A stretch of DNA of 64,000 nt from Marsupella aquatica (taxonomy: Eukaryota; Plantae; Marchantiophyta), in the NCBI GenBank assembly GCA_973895155.1, contig OZ316897.1, positions 23,287,455 through 23,351,454 of the forward strand, given 5' to 3'. The position numbers were made by a program, and so were the translations under genes. Position 1 is the first letter of the stretch, and the number at the start of each line of letters is the position of its first letter. Below the pieces are notes generated by a model. It had not been told where the DNA came from, made no database searches, and saw nothing but the letters and a program-made list of their open reading frames with translations. Shown here piece by piece: positions 1-12,595 of the stretch.

Positions 1-25
1 GATACAAGCCCGTACCGATGATGCT

Positions 26-965
26 ATGCGACAAGCGTGGTTTGTAGCTGCCCTACCAAGCAAGATGGGGTTCTTTGTACGACAGGCCAAGCCAACCACA
101 TTGGCTGAGGCTATTGCAGCAGCGGAGTCATACACTGCCGCCGATGCCACGAGCAAGCGCTGCCGAAGAAAGAAGTTGAAACCTGTTGACAGTTCCTCTA
201 GTGAGGAATCAAGTGAATCTGAGTCGGATGGTAGTGATGAATCTGAGGACTCTGAGAGCACTACAGAGTCAGACACTATGGAGTCAAAAGCTGAGAAGCA
301 AAAGAAGAGGAAGAAGTTGTCCAAGAAGGCCAAGAAGTCGTCTCATCGAGAAGTGGTGCTACCCACGGTGGCAGTAACACCATTGTCTATGGCAAGACGA
401 CTCAAGGAGCAAGAGGCCAGGTACAATGAGTTGACAGAGCAAATAAAAGCATTGAAGGTGCACTTTGCAGGTCTCAAGCCAGAGAGGAGAAAGGTTCCAG
501 TGGAGAGAGCCAACGTGTGGTGCACCAAGTGCATGAAGTTTGGTCATGCCCCGAAGGAGTGTCCAACGGGAGAACCAACCAAGGTTTTTCAAGTACGGGA
601 GGATGACGTTGAGGGAGCAAGCTACTCAAACCCTTCTTATGCAGCGGAAGGACCAGTAGAGTACTTCATGGAGGAGCCACCAGAGGCCAACGTATATAGT
701 GTACAACCTCTCAACCCGGGACCAAGGAGCATTCATGGGATCTCAACTAACGCTGGAGCACCCCCATATGCTAACTATTCCAACGCTACTCCCGGGAATA
801 AGCCATCATATCCGGGGGTAAGAAAGATCCCTATTTGTTACAATTGTAGAGTGGCTGGCCACTACGCTAACGTGTGCCCGGAGCCCACACGTCAAGGGAA
901 CGGAGATTTTTCCCGGTTGTGTCAATTGTGCAAGGGGGAGGGACATCTTGCACCACACTGTCCAA
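26..965 (+). pseudogene. gag: Retrotransposon Gag fragment (capsid C-terminal region plus three CCHC zinc knuckles), likely Ty3/gypsy-type
   Basis: ORF 26..1183 contains 'WFVAALP...KPTTLAEAIAAAE' (Gag capsid-like) and three CX2CX4HX4C knuckles (CTKCMKFGHAPKEC, CYNCRVAGHYANVC, CQLCKGEGHLAPHC). After about 965 the protein switches to family A/D ORF sequence. Confidence 0.8.
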
Positions 966-3240
966 CCTTGGGATTCATTTGGTTGCCGTGGAGGTTAGTT
1001 GATATACCAGATAAAGATCTGTTAGACTTTGTCGGATGCTGGGAGGCTTCTTCCAACACGACGCTGATGTATGGGAGGGTTGTAGAGCTAACACCAGCGC
1101 TAATCAAAGCTTTCTTTGCTTTACCACAAAGAAACAAGACCAAGGTGGAGCAGAGGAAGACGTTACCGGATAATCAGTTTTGATCATTTCCAGGGCCCTC
1201 CACTAAGAGCAAGTTTTTTATAAATCAATGTACTAATCCACATATGGGGCAGTTGATTGATTTTTTGAGAGGACGCTACACTACACATTGCCGAGAGCAT
1301 AAATTGGCAAGGCCCAAGTGTTTTTAGTCGAGAATGTTGACTCAAGCCTTTATTACAATGGCTATCTGTTAATGCAGTTGAAAAAGGCATTAAATGAGGA
1401 GAAGCAGAGCATTGGGAGGGAGCGGTATCTAGACTAGGGTACCATTTGCAATTACTTTGTCGTTATGCCAAGAGCTAGTCTTTTGCACTAGTCTTGCCTC
1501 TATAGGAGCGGCTGCCAATTGTAGTGCCAATAATTGAGGAAGAGGACAAAGAACCCGTGCACAGACGGAGGCAAGAGAAAAAGCCGGCAACACTGGGAAG
1601 GGAGAATTCCCCTATAACGGAGCCAGAGGTGGTAACACTAGATGTGGTGAGGAATCCGTTGTGACGGCCTACTCAAAATAACCCATAAGCAGGCATTTAC
1701 CTGGTTGAGAGGAAGATGACTGCCCAAGAAAGAAAGAAGCGTGACGAGCAGATGGATTCAGAGTCAGAAGATGGAAGCCGAGGCCAAAGCCAGGAGAGGC
1801 CGGTACTTAGAGCTTCTGGTTGGGTTCAAGTAGAAGAACCTATGGAGGACAGTCAGCCACCGACAACCAAGCAATACTCGAAGGAGGAGATTGGGGGCTT
1901 TGCAGAGGCAGCATGCATACACATTAGTTAGGTTAATGTGGAGGACTACGATGAAGAATATGTTGATCATGGGGAGAGGCCGGTGCCAGGCGTTAGGACG
2001 CTGGGAAGATTTTGTACAAGACTTCCATCGGTCTTTTATGGCAGGCCAGAAGACCAGAAAACCCCAAAGTCTCCTCCACCGGATGTGACACCAAGGGAGT
2101 TTGATAGAATGAAGGAGGCCAAGGCAGGACTTTAGGAGAAACTCAAGGAGTGGGAGGCCCAGAATGAAATGCACGAACGGCAACTACTAGGAGGAGATTG
2201 GCCAAAGGAAATAAAACGGCTTAGTGAGAAACAGGTCGAGCCTCTCACTGACTTTGATCAGCTACGGGCGGAGGCTTGGGAGAGATGACCTCAATGGCAG
2301 ATGCCAATATCACTTGGGAGGTCAATTACGCAAGAGATCGGGCTAAGGAATATGGAGACATGTGTGGACTCTTAGCCTTGGAAATTTTTGGCAATGAGTT
2401 AGAATCCGGGCCATTTCTTAGAAAAGAAATGGCTGATCAAACGAGGTTGGAGGAGGCAATGACGTTGGAGCGACTGAAGAAAGAGGAAGTAATTGATTGG
2501 CTTTGCAGGATGGAAGCCAAAGCTGCTAAGACAAGGGTTGATTAGCAAGTTCAGCAAGATCTGTTGGCTAAACAACAAGAGTTGGAGGTTGCAAACGACC
2601 AATTGGAAAGTTACCAATTGGACAACCAGCGGATCAAGGAAAAATTGACCAAGGTACAAGTGGAGTTAGCCGATACAAAGGAAGAAGTACAGGGCCTTAA
2701 TCGGCAAGTTGGATCAAAGGCTAAGGAGCAGCTCACTCAGAGTGATAAAGCCTTGGCAGAATCCTAGCGGAAGCAGGACAAGCTACTCAACCGGCTGGAG
2801 GCCATGCATGAAAAGCATGAGGAGGCAACTTGTACAGCTGCCAATGACCACCTCAACCGAGTACAACAAATATGGAAGGAGCAAGTGTGACGCCGCCAGC
2901 ACGGCGGTTAATGATTGATTCGGCCTAGCCCGTGCTTAGCATGCACATTAAGGGCACCGTAGGCCGTAGTTATTAGCATAATGACACTAAGTAGGTAGTA
3001 CTTATGACTAGGGAATCATTAGTTAATAAGGGGTATTTACATTCGGGGTGGCAGTAGAGCGCCATTCGTACTCCCAGGTTACGAGCGTGTAAGGAGACCC
3101 TTTGGGTCCATATAACAAATTCTTGGAGGCGGCTGCTGACACGCTCCAAACCGGACCCACGAGTGGCCAGTACACTGAGCGTGAAAAGCTTGGCCTATAG
3201 GAAGGGAGGGAGGGGTCAGTCAAACAATGAGCTCTCAGAG

Positions 3241-3249
3241 TATAAAAGG
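3241..3249 (+). promoter_or_regulatory. Putative TATA box of family C element
   Basis: TATAAAAGG about 355 bp inside the 5' end of C, upstream of its ORF and followed by pyrimidine-rich leader-like sequence. Confidence 0.45.
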
Positions 3250-4080
3250 AGGGCCATTCTCTCGCATTACACCCACACTCCATTCCGCGCACCAGCTTTG
3301 ATCTCAGCCACTTTGTCCCTCCTTAGTTGCCCACTGTCACTCTTGGATGTCTGTCACAAGATTGTCCAGTTTGGCCCTTCAAGTTTGGCTGCAATTCCTA
3401 TCCGTGGGAAGTCACTTAGCCAAGTCCTTAGCCAAAGTCAACCCGTGCCAATACGAGACCGAACAAGCTTATGAGAGAGCCATCCGCTTAGCCGATTGTA
3501 ATCACTATAACGACAACTTTGACCTCCCTTTTCAGAGTGAGCTTTGCCGAGTCGACAAAATCACCGAGTACTTCTTCATCGACAAGAAGTACGTCCGGTT
3601 CTGGAAAGCGCTTCTTTGGCCTCCGGACAAGGTTTACCATCTCTCGGGCACGATAGACTTGCAGCCGCACCACTACGACCATATCCCCGCCCGGGTTCAA
3701 GCCTTGATAGACTGTCGGTTTGGCCCTACCCAAACAAGCAAGACTCCTATCTTAACGTCACTCAACTTCCCCACGGACTTCTTGAATCTAATGGCGCCTC
3801 CTCCATCTACAATTGGCGCCAACTCATCCGTGTCCGCGCCAACACCGCCTCGGCCTCAGCCAAGCCGATCTCCACCACCGGTCGCACCACCTCTCCAAGT
3901 GCGATCCATGGTAAATGCGGTAAATATTAGCTCCAAAGATGAGGAGACTCACCCTCCCCTAAACCGACGGCCGCAGGGTACAAATCAGCATGCGCCAAGC
4001 AACCTGACGCCACTCCAGCAAGCCCGAGGGGATAACACGGTGACTTTAGCGGCCCTGGCACCAATAATCACAGCGGTGGC

Positions 4081-6541
4081 TGTCACGCGATTGACATGGG
4101 TCTTAACACCAAAAATGTCACTATGGGTGCCAAAACCATCTCTTTATACCTGAGGATCACGAAGGGATGTTGTGAAGGCCGGTGAACACCAATTTACGCC
4201 CTTAACACCAGACTATCATAGCAAGACTCTATCACACATCACCCAAGCTCAATCCCAAGGAACCAAGGTTGGGGATCAGATCCGTGCTCATGATAGTTCT
4301 GGTGATAAGGGGTCTTCATATCGGGCCCGTACACACAGGGCCTAGCGCTACGGTGCGCATAGGTCTATACGTATGCTTACTGTCATAGGTATGTTTCTAT
4401 TCCGCCGCCGGAATGTACCCATAAACCAGTGACTCCTGACTGATTCCCGGCTTAGGGACTTCTAAGCCATTGCCCCACCACTCTGCCATTCCACTCTCAG
4501 CAATCAAAGCTATGACATCCTCACCCAGCCCGCTTTAATGCACCCTGTACACCTCTCAGTGGCGCTGCTAGTCCCATCATACACTGAGATTGCCTCACAC
4601 ACACACACATCCATGAGAGAAATGAGGCCTGAGAGGAAAAATCAATTAGATTCAAAGATGTGCACAATAGTTCACTGAGAACACTTGATCCGAACACTAG
4701 GGCCGAAGGCTGTCTCCTCCAGATTGTGACGTGCTTGCCCCGCAAGCCCCGTGCTTGCCATGCAAGCTCAATCCTGAACCTGAGCCCGGCTCACTCCAGA
4801 TTGCGACGGCAGATTGGACTCAAACCAATCCCGTACTTGCCTTGCAAACTCAATCCTGAACTCAACCTCCTTCACTGCACTTCATTCTTGGGGGCACATA
4901 TAGATCTCACACCTCCAATTCAGAACGTCAAGTTACGCATACATAGTTGACTCGACTTCAAAGCTGGTACCAGGCCTAACGACGATCTACCCCAGACTGC
5001 AATGAGGCCCGGCCTCACGCTTGCCCTGCAAGCTCCGCTCTGGCCATAGATCCCTTAGTGCTCTCCACCAGACAAAGGCCGGGACTCCCCATGGATCACG
5101 TAGCCTTGCCAGACTGAACTGTAAATGCTCCTCCTGCTGCCCCTCAATCAATGTCTCAGCCTCCCTAATGTGCTCACCACAAATCAAATTGACATCCTCC
5201 CCACAGTTTACAATCACCAATACATCACCTATCACCAAGGCTCTGTATCGGGGGAAAAGAACCCAGTTGTGCTACCCACTAGAAAGAGCCACAATCCAGC
5301 TTGCAAACCTAGCAACCCGTTGCTGTGAAGCTTGGCTGATTACTCCCTGAGTAATAGCACAACCAAGCTCTCCCCAACACGCAGCGTCCAAGTCCAGCCT
5401 TGCTTGCACAGAGCTCCTCCCTACTGCTCAATCTAAGTGAGATCACACAATTGAAGTCCCCCCCTGCCTCTACCGGAGGGCTGCTCTATATACTTTCTCA
5501 TTGAGCCCAAGTGGGTGGATGCTACGCTGCTGGAGCCCCATCCCAGCCCTAACAGAGCCGCCACTATCTCTAACTACTGAACCCTAACTTGCAACTTTAT
5601 TTCTATCTCAAATTGGCTATGTACTTTGGATTTGGCCCTCCTCCATGGTTTTCGCGAGCTTGCGCCTCCTCTCCCGACTTCTCTATTCAACCATTTTCTG
5701 CGTGGATAACAACGTTGGAAGCGGCTTGAGCTCCTCTTTCCAACGAGGTCAATTATAGCCGATTTGGTCAAATACACAGAGAGTTATGCCCCCGCAACCG
5801 AGAGGGGGTACTCACTGCTGCGCTAACCCGAGTTACATAGCTAACCCGAGTTCGGCTAACCTAGCTATCCTATCTAACCCGAGTAGAGATAACCCGTGGT
5901 CTTGGGTTAGGCCGCTACCCGCTATCCGCTAACCTAGCCTAAGCTGAGCCCGAACCCGAGCTTACCTATGCTAACCTGAGCCCGAGTTTAGGCTAACCCG
6001 AGTTCAGTCTAACCCGGGATCCGAACCCGGGTTAAGCCTAAGCTGAAGCTGTGCTGACCTGAGCTAAGCTGAAGCCGTTCTTACCTGAGCTAAGCTGAAG
6101 CCGTGCTTACCTGAGCTAAGCTAAAGCCGTGCTTACCTGAGCTAAGCTGAAGCCGTGCTCACATAAGCTAAGCCGTGGTCGAGCTTGGGTTAAGCCGAAA
6201 CTGAAGCCGAACCCGCTAATTCCGGCCACAAGTTAACCCGTCACACTAATCAGGCCGTATCTTCCTTAATACACCTCCGTTTCCCGAGTGTTTTATATCA
6301 ATTTTACTCGCCTTGACCAGATCTTTCCAATGCTCTTTACAGATCCGGATTTGGTGACATATTGAAAGAGATATGGTCGCCGACCACCCGCGACATAGCT
6401 TTTATTTCCCTACTCTTAACGCCATGATTGCCCTTATTCTTGCCATCTTGCTAATTGTTATGCGGTATCAATAGCTACTCCTTGCATACAGCAACCTAGT
6501 TAATCAGATCATAGAATAAGGACCATGTCATCGGCGTCACA
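4081..6541 (-). mobile_element. Family B TG...CA element (2461 bp, non-coding, solo-LTR-like)
   Basis: Starts tgtcacgc, ends gcgtcaca. Exact 5-bp TSD GTGGC at 4076-4080 and 6542-6546. Read on the minus strand it begins tgtgacgccg, like family C. A second copy starts at 63286. Confidence 0.9.
5820..6240. repeat. Internal tandem repeats of family B (gctaacccgag variants; 26-bp cttacctgagctaagctgaagccgtg unit)
   Basis: Directly visible tandem copies at about 6040-6175 and gctaacc(c/t)gag variants at 5820-6030. Confidence 0.8.
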
Positions 6542-7923
6542 GTGGCACTACCGCCACCCGACCGAGAGGATGGGGAGATGTCCCCCTCTTCTAGTCACCC
6601 CGGGAATCAGTCTCGAGGTAGGAAGAGAAAGGAACCCGAAGCTGTATCCGGGCTGCCTTTGGCCACGGTTGCGGTGCCCAAGCTGACCATGCATCACATG
6701 GGGGAGAATGTTCACAAGAACATCCTCCACCCCAAGCATGCATGCTACCTGAAGACCCAAGGGATTGAGCACCTCGCCTCTCTCCCTTGGAATGGAAGCA
6801 GGTACTACGGGTAGGATATGACGGAGTTCATTCAAAACTTTGACGAGGCCCGCCAACAAACCCAAGTGCACGGGAGAGTGATGTGTCTCAATGAGGCACG
6901 TTTGAAGATGATTTTTGGCCTACCCAAAGGGATAAACCGGGTAGAGTTGCGGGCTCCTGGGGGCAAGGGAGCTAAATACCAGTCCTCTAGCTTCCCAACC
7001 AAGGGAGCAGTGGACAATGGATTCCTGATGAGGATGTGCCTCATCCCGGAGGTAGCAGAACGCCTGGAGTTCCAGCGGTATGCCCTCCACATGATGGAAC
7101 CACAGCGCAAAATATCCGCTGCCTAGGTCATACAAGTAGAGAACTTTCGGCCTAGGAGGTGGGCGTCCTTCTTTGTCAAGAAGTTCCACGAGGAGATGGA
7201 GCAAAGAAGGAAGACCTTATACCTTGGCGGAAAGGCGTACTTCACAAGCCACATCAAGATCATCATCGAGTGGTACGCCCGTTTTGACCGCCAAAGCCTC
7301 CCCCGTAGCAACGAGACTGAATTGACCCCGTCAAAGTGGGTATTCCCGGCTCAGGAGAGGCGACCATAGCTCGAGGCCCAAAGCCTGGCAGCCGCAAGCC
7401 CTACTTCCCCAGCCCCGCAATCAGCCGCTACCGCCCCGCCAAGCGTACACGTAGACGCAATTATTGCAACCCTGGACGCGATCAACTGGGTCAACGCGAT
7501 TGAAGCCAGGCCGGCTGAGGCCAGACCCAAACCCGATACTACGGTGGCCAAGGAGATCCCGCCACCCCCCACGGCTGTGCAGGAGAACCGCCCAGCCCTA
7601 GTGGAACCAACCCCTTTGACCGACTTACCTCAAGGGCTGGATGTTTCCACTCCAACTCCCGCGTGGTTTGCGGTCTATCCGTGCCCGAATCCAAATGGGC
7701 ATAGTCTGGACCATCCGGAACTCTTTGCACCGGGCACATTTCTGAATGGGTTGTTGGGAGAATTCTCTCAACAAATTGCACAAGATACCAGGGAGTACAT
7801 GGCACAGAAGGTGGCCTACTTCTTCAACCAAGAGTTGGTTGCGGCCGTGGAGGCGGGGCATGCGTAGCTGAGGCTGCACAGAGAATAGAGCGATACCGGG
7901 TTGAGTCTGCCCACCTGAAGGAC

Positions 7924-10900
7924 TGTGATGCCTAGCCAGGAATCACTCGGCCAGTTAAGTGGGTAAAGCAGGAGTGCACCCTAGAAACACCTTAGTATAG
8001 GGACAAAACAAGGAAAATATAAACAATTAGGGGCGACTATGGAACCCGGGCCGAGGCCGGAGGTAAGGACGCTGGGGGTGAAAACTCGATTAGGGTTAGG
8101 GCGCGTTAAGCGTCGGCGGCTAGGAAGGATCAACGGGAGAAAGGACCGGAAGAGGAGAGGGGTAAAGAGCGCTTGCAGGAGATGGTGGCTCATTTGCGAG
8201 CACGAACTAGGCAGACGACTACGGGAGGCCAACTACTGTCAGCTGCTTAGGCAAGCACTCCGGGAGAGAGTAGATACCGACGATCGACCTAAGGAGGGTA
8301 TGAGCAATGTCAATCAAGCGGCACATTTCTGGGGATGCCTGTTCGAACGGGCAATTGAGTACATCAAGACTTACGAGGATGAAGAATCAGAAAGGGCAGC
8401 TCGAGAACGGCAGGAGCTCACTCGATTGTGGGAGCTGCAGAAGATGGCTTTCTTAGGAGGCGAACTCATCAACGCCGAGTTCTTGTGGACTCCTACTTCC
8501 AATCAGCTCGACGATCTTCTGTTTTGTGAAGACAGAATCATCGACAGTCGAGAGGCCATCAAGAACTGCAATGACATACACTGGGAATTGAAGGGTAGCA
8601 CGGAAAGGTGGACCCCGGAAACGGTACTAGGAGAAACCTCCACGGCAGCAGAGATGAAGAGGAAGGGAGCCGTCAATGATGAAGCCACCCCGGCAAAAAG
8701 AACGAGGTCGGCGGCACCAAGGAAGCCAGCCGAGCAGTAGAGCAGGAGGCAGGGAGAAGCCGAAGAGGAGGAGGTCGATCCCATCAATGCCATTCCAACC
8801 AGGGATGACACCTGAAAAGGCTGGGCGACAACCCTACCGATGGAGGTGCAACTACATTTTGCACGGGAGGAGGATGCATGCTTTACGGCCATGCAGACCA
8901 AGAAGTACCAAGGCTTCATGGCCGGATCCGGCTTAGAGGCCTTTGTAAGATTACCATGGCTGAAGCCGGAGGTACCGGATTCAGACCTATTAGAATTCGT
9001 AGGGTCATGGGAACCCGAGACCAATTGCACGAGGATATATGGGAAGGATTTCTATCTTACTCCCAAGGTGATTGCCGAAGTGTTTGGCTTGCCGATAGGC
9101 AATAAGACCAAGGTTGATACCAGGAAGACCTTGCCTGACAAAGAGTTCCGGTCGTTCCCCGGGCCATCAACAAAGAATGGCTTCTTCCGGAACACCTGCA
9201 CCAACCCACACATAGGAGAGATGATCGACTTCTTGCGGGTGACCATGCATTGTAACTTGCCGAGGGCAGAGATCGGCAAAGCACAGGTCTATCTGGCAGA
9301 GAGGCCAGACCCAAGCCGGGACTACAACGGGTACCTCCTCAACCAATTGAAGAAGATCTTAAAGGAGGAGCAGCAGGTAATCGGCATGGGGAGCGTGTCG
9401 CGGCTTGGCTATCACATGCCGCTGTTGTGCCGGTATGCCAGAGGTCAGACCTTTGCCCCAGTACTTCCCCTGCAGGTAAGGGTACCCGAGGAAGCTCCAG
9501 CACCGAGGCCGGTAGCAGAGAAGCCTCAACCACCTGTTAGCCCTACGATCGAGCAGGTGTTTAGGCCAGGGACGGAGGACTTGCCGATGCAGCAACCAGG
9601 CATGCAGAATCTGCTGAAACTACTGGAGAAAGAAAAGAGATCGGCATCGGCAATGACAACGGCAACGGCAACAATGCAGGACACTGCTCCAGAGGTAGGC
9701 CTACACCGGCTTACAAGGGAAAACCCCTTTACTGGCGACAAGGAGAGAATTAGGCCAGAATCCAAGCCGAGTGTTCGAATGTACGTGGGAGTCTCAAGCT
9801 CTGAATCTGAGGCAGAATTGCCTGAAGCTCCTACCGGCAAAGACGAGAGGGAGAAGCCGGAAGTCCAAGAAGTAGAGGAGGCAGTGGAGGACTGCAGCCA
9901 TGATAACTCTGGCTATGGGTCGGACCATCACGTTCCAGGAGTAAGGACCTGTGGCCGGTTTATCCCCACACTTCCAAGGGTAGTACGAGGGGACCCCAAC
10001 CAGCAGAGTAGCCCTGAGTCTCCCCCACCAGATGTTGCTCCCCCGAGCTTTGACGGCATAAAACAGACAGCGCAAGAATTTCAGGAGCGAATCAGGCAGG
10101 AAGAGGAGGCAGCCCTGGCTAGGGAAAAGGATTTTCCAGGAGGAGATTGGCCGGAGGACATCAGGCGGCTAGCTGAAAAAGGAAGCAAACCTCTAGCCAC
10201 GATTGAAGAGATCCGCAAGACGGCTTGGGAGCCGCGATGGGCGATGCCGATCACTTCTACTTACTCCACCTACGCTAAGAATAGAGCCATGGAGTATGGT
10301 GAGATGTGTGGGGAACTTGCGCTCGGCATCTTTGGGGAGGAGTTGGAGGTAGGACCCTTTTTCCATAGGGAGCAGTTGGAGAAGCACCAATTAGAAGAAG
10401 CGGTGGCTTTAGAGAGAACCAAAAAGGACGAGGTCATCCGACTGCTTAGGAGGATGGAAGCCAAAATTGAAGATCTAAGGGCGGCCAAGAAAGCCCAAGA
10501 TGAACTGCGGATTAAGCGGCATGAGCTGAACATCATGCAGGGGCAGTTGGACACAGCGCAGGCTGATAGTCAGATTGTCAAGGATAAACTGACTCAGACC
10601 CAAGGAGAATTGGCCGACGCAATCAAGGATAGGGAGAAATGGAAGAAGGAGGTGAGAGACGTAGAGGAGGCCCATATAGCAGTCAACAACCGGGTCACGG
10701 CGGAGACTCAGAGAAGGGAGAGGGCGCTGAAGGGAGAACTCGAGGTCATCCACAGAGCCCTTGAGCAGAAGGAGGCCGAGTTAGGGAAATCCTATCAAGG
10801 GATTATTGCGCTACAGCAGGAGCTTGCATCCTTGACGGCCAGCTTCAAGGCCGACCTGCGGGAGAAGGACGCCCCGCTCGACCAGACTTATGCCAAGATG

Positions 10901-12595
10901 AATAACATGGAGTCTGAGGTCGTAGCGGAGCTCGACAAGGAGCTAAGAGCAACCCAGGAGGAGAGGGCTACCACCAAGAAGGAATTGGAGGAAGCCCACA
11001 GGGAATTGGAGGAAGCCAAAAATGAGCTGGAGGAGGCACGTAAGGACCTGGATGAGACCCAGGAGGAGTTGGAGGAAAACACGAGGAAGATGGAGAACCT
11101 ACAGCGGCGGGCCGACAACCATAGTGAGCGGCTAAAGAAACAAGCCGCAGTATTTAAATGCTTAGCTGCATCAGGTCCATTTCCCGTAGGGGCAAACCAG
11201 TTACCAGGGGTGGTAATTGCCGAAGGACCAGCCGTGACACACGGCCCGGTGCCGGACGTTGGCGGCAAAGGGAAGGAACAGGCTGTGGAGATAGTGAAGA
11301 AGAAGAAGCGGAAACCTTCGGGGTCCGGAGGTTATTCGACCCCTCAAGCCGTACTCAAACCGGCACCAACCTCCGGCATGAACACGGCAATAGATTCCGC
11401 TATCACCAAAGGTGGGGATGACGTGGCCCAAGCCGAACTACTCAGTAATGAGGCCGGTATCTCAGATCCACCTCTTGAGCAGGCCGGGGAGACAGAAGCC
11501 GAGGCTGAGGCCGTAGCCGAGAATGATTCCCGAGCCGATGCCGAAGCCGAGGGTGGGCCCAGTCAGGCCGATGAAAAGTTGACTCGGTCAGAGGCAGGTA
11601 ATCTGTCAGAGGATGGACCTATGGCAGTGGCTGAGGAGGAAGCGTTGGGGGCGTCCATTGAGGATCCACCACCGGTGTCGTGACGGTGCAAGGGCACCGT
11701 TCCTTTTAGGAAGGGCGGACGTGGAGGTAGGAGGCGTGAGTGGGCAGGGCGGGCGCTGATCTCCAAGTTTAGGATTAGGATCAGGACCAGGAGGCGGCCC
11801 TGACACTTAGCTTAGTGGAATTGCGGTTCCACTGGCAGGAGCAACACTTGTGCTCTTGCCTTGCTGTACATAGGTAGATCCGGGCAGGTAGATTACTGTT
11901 AGGTAGATTAGGCTTACGCTGCAAGGAATTAGGCGGATCCACTACCAGGATAAGTACCTGGGCAGCGGGGAGCTCAGGGCCTCTTCTTTAGCAAGTTTTT
12001 AGTTTGCACCAGCCGGGCTGGGATCAAGTAGTAAGAGAAGCTCTCGGTTAGTCATACCGTGACCTTGTGTATATTCATGTTTCCTCATGCCTAAGAGCTG
12101 AATAGAGTTGGCCTCACGGCTTAGTTCGCATAACTTATGTATGAGATGTACTGTTTGTATGGCAAGTGCATGGTATGACTCAGTCAGAAGGAGTCATTTT
12201 GCTATTTGTGTGTCGCATTAACTTGTGTGAAGAGTGCCCACATCAACCAAGGAAGGAAAGTAAGCAAGGGAGTGAGAGTTGGATGTGTCGAGCTGAGAGA
12301 GGTCTTAGCGGCTTAACCAAGCCTATTGGGGATCATTCCGGCGGCGGAATCCAAACATACCTAACCAGAAGGAGAGGAAGACAAGGGAAGGCCTAGATTA
12401 GGCCGGCTACGTATCTCATGACCCGATGAAGGATCTGTCCAGTATATGTGTGTAAAAGGCTAATAGTAGTAGAAGGAGGTTAGCAGTGTCCCATGCCGCT
12501 AAGCCGCGGAAACGGCCTTGCCAAGCGCGAAACCTGCGGGAATCGGCTTGAGCTGGGGGGTTTCTTGGGTTTAGGGAGCCATGGGACGCACCACA
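7924..12595 (+). mobile_element. Family A copy 1 (4672 bp), TG...CA, TSD AGGAC
   Basis: Termini tgtgatgc...gcaccaca (7/8 inverted match). AGGAC at 7919-7923 and 12596-12600. The empty site is seen in the C copy near 45890. Confidence 0.95.
8039..11683 (+). pseudogene. Family A ORF (PMD-like plus coiled coil) with two in-frame stops
   Basis: ORFs 8039..8740 and 8840..11683 are in the same frame. Stops at 8738 (TAG) and 8813 (TGA) correspond to CAG and TGG in the intact copy at 25134..28757. Confidence 0.85.

Noticed and set aside
8089-8101. TTAGGGTTAGGG telomere-like motif in family A
   Set aside because: Only two units, and they lie within the coding frame (RLGLG).
8503-11766. Antisense ORFs conserved across family A copies (e.g. 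the 175-aa MQLVSGSHD...)
   Set aside because: Shadow ORFs of the long sense ORF; their conservation is explained by copy identity.
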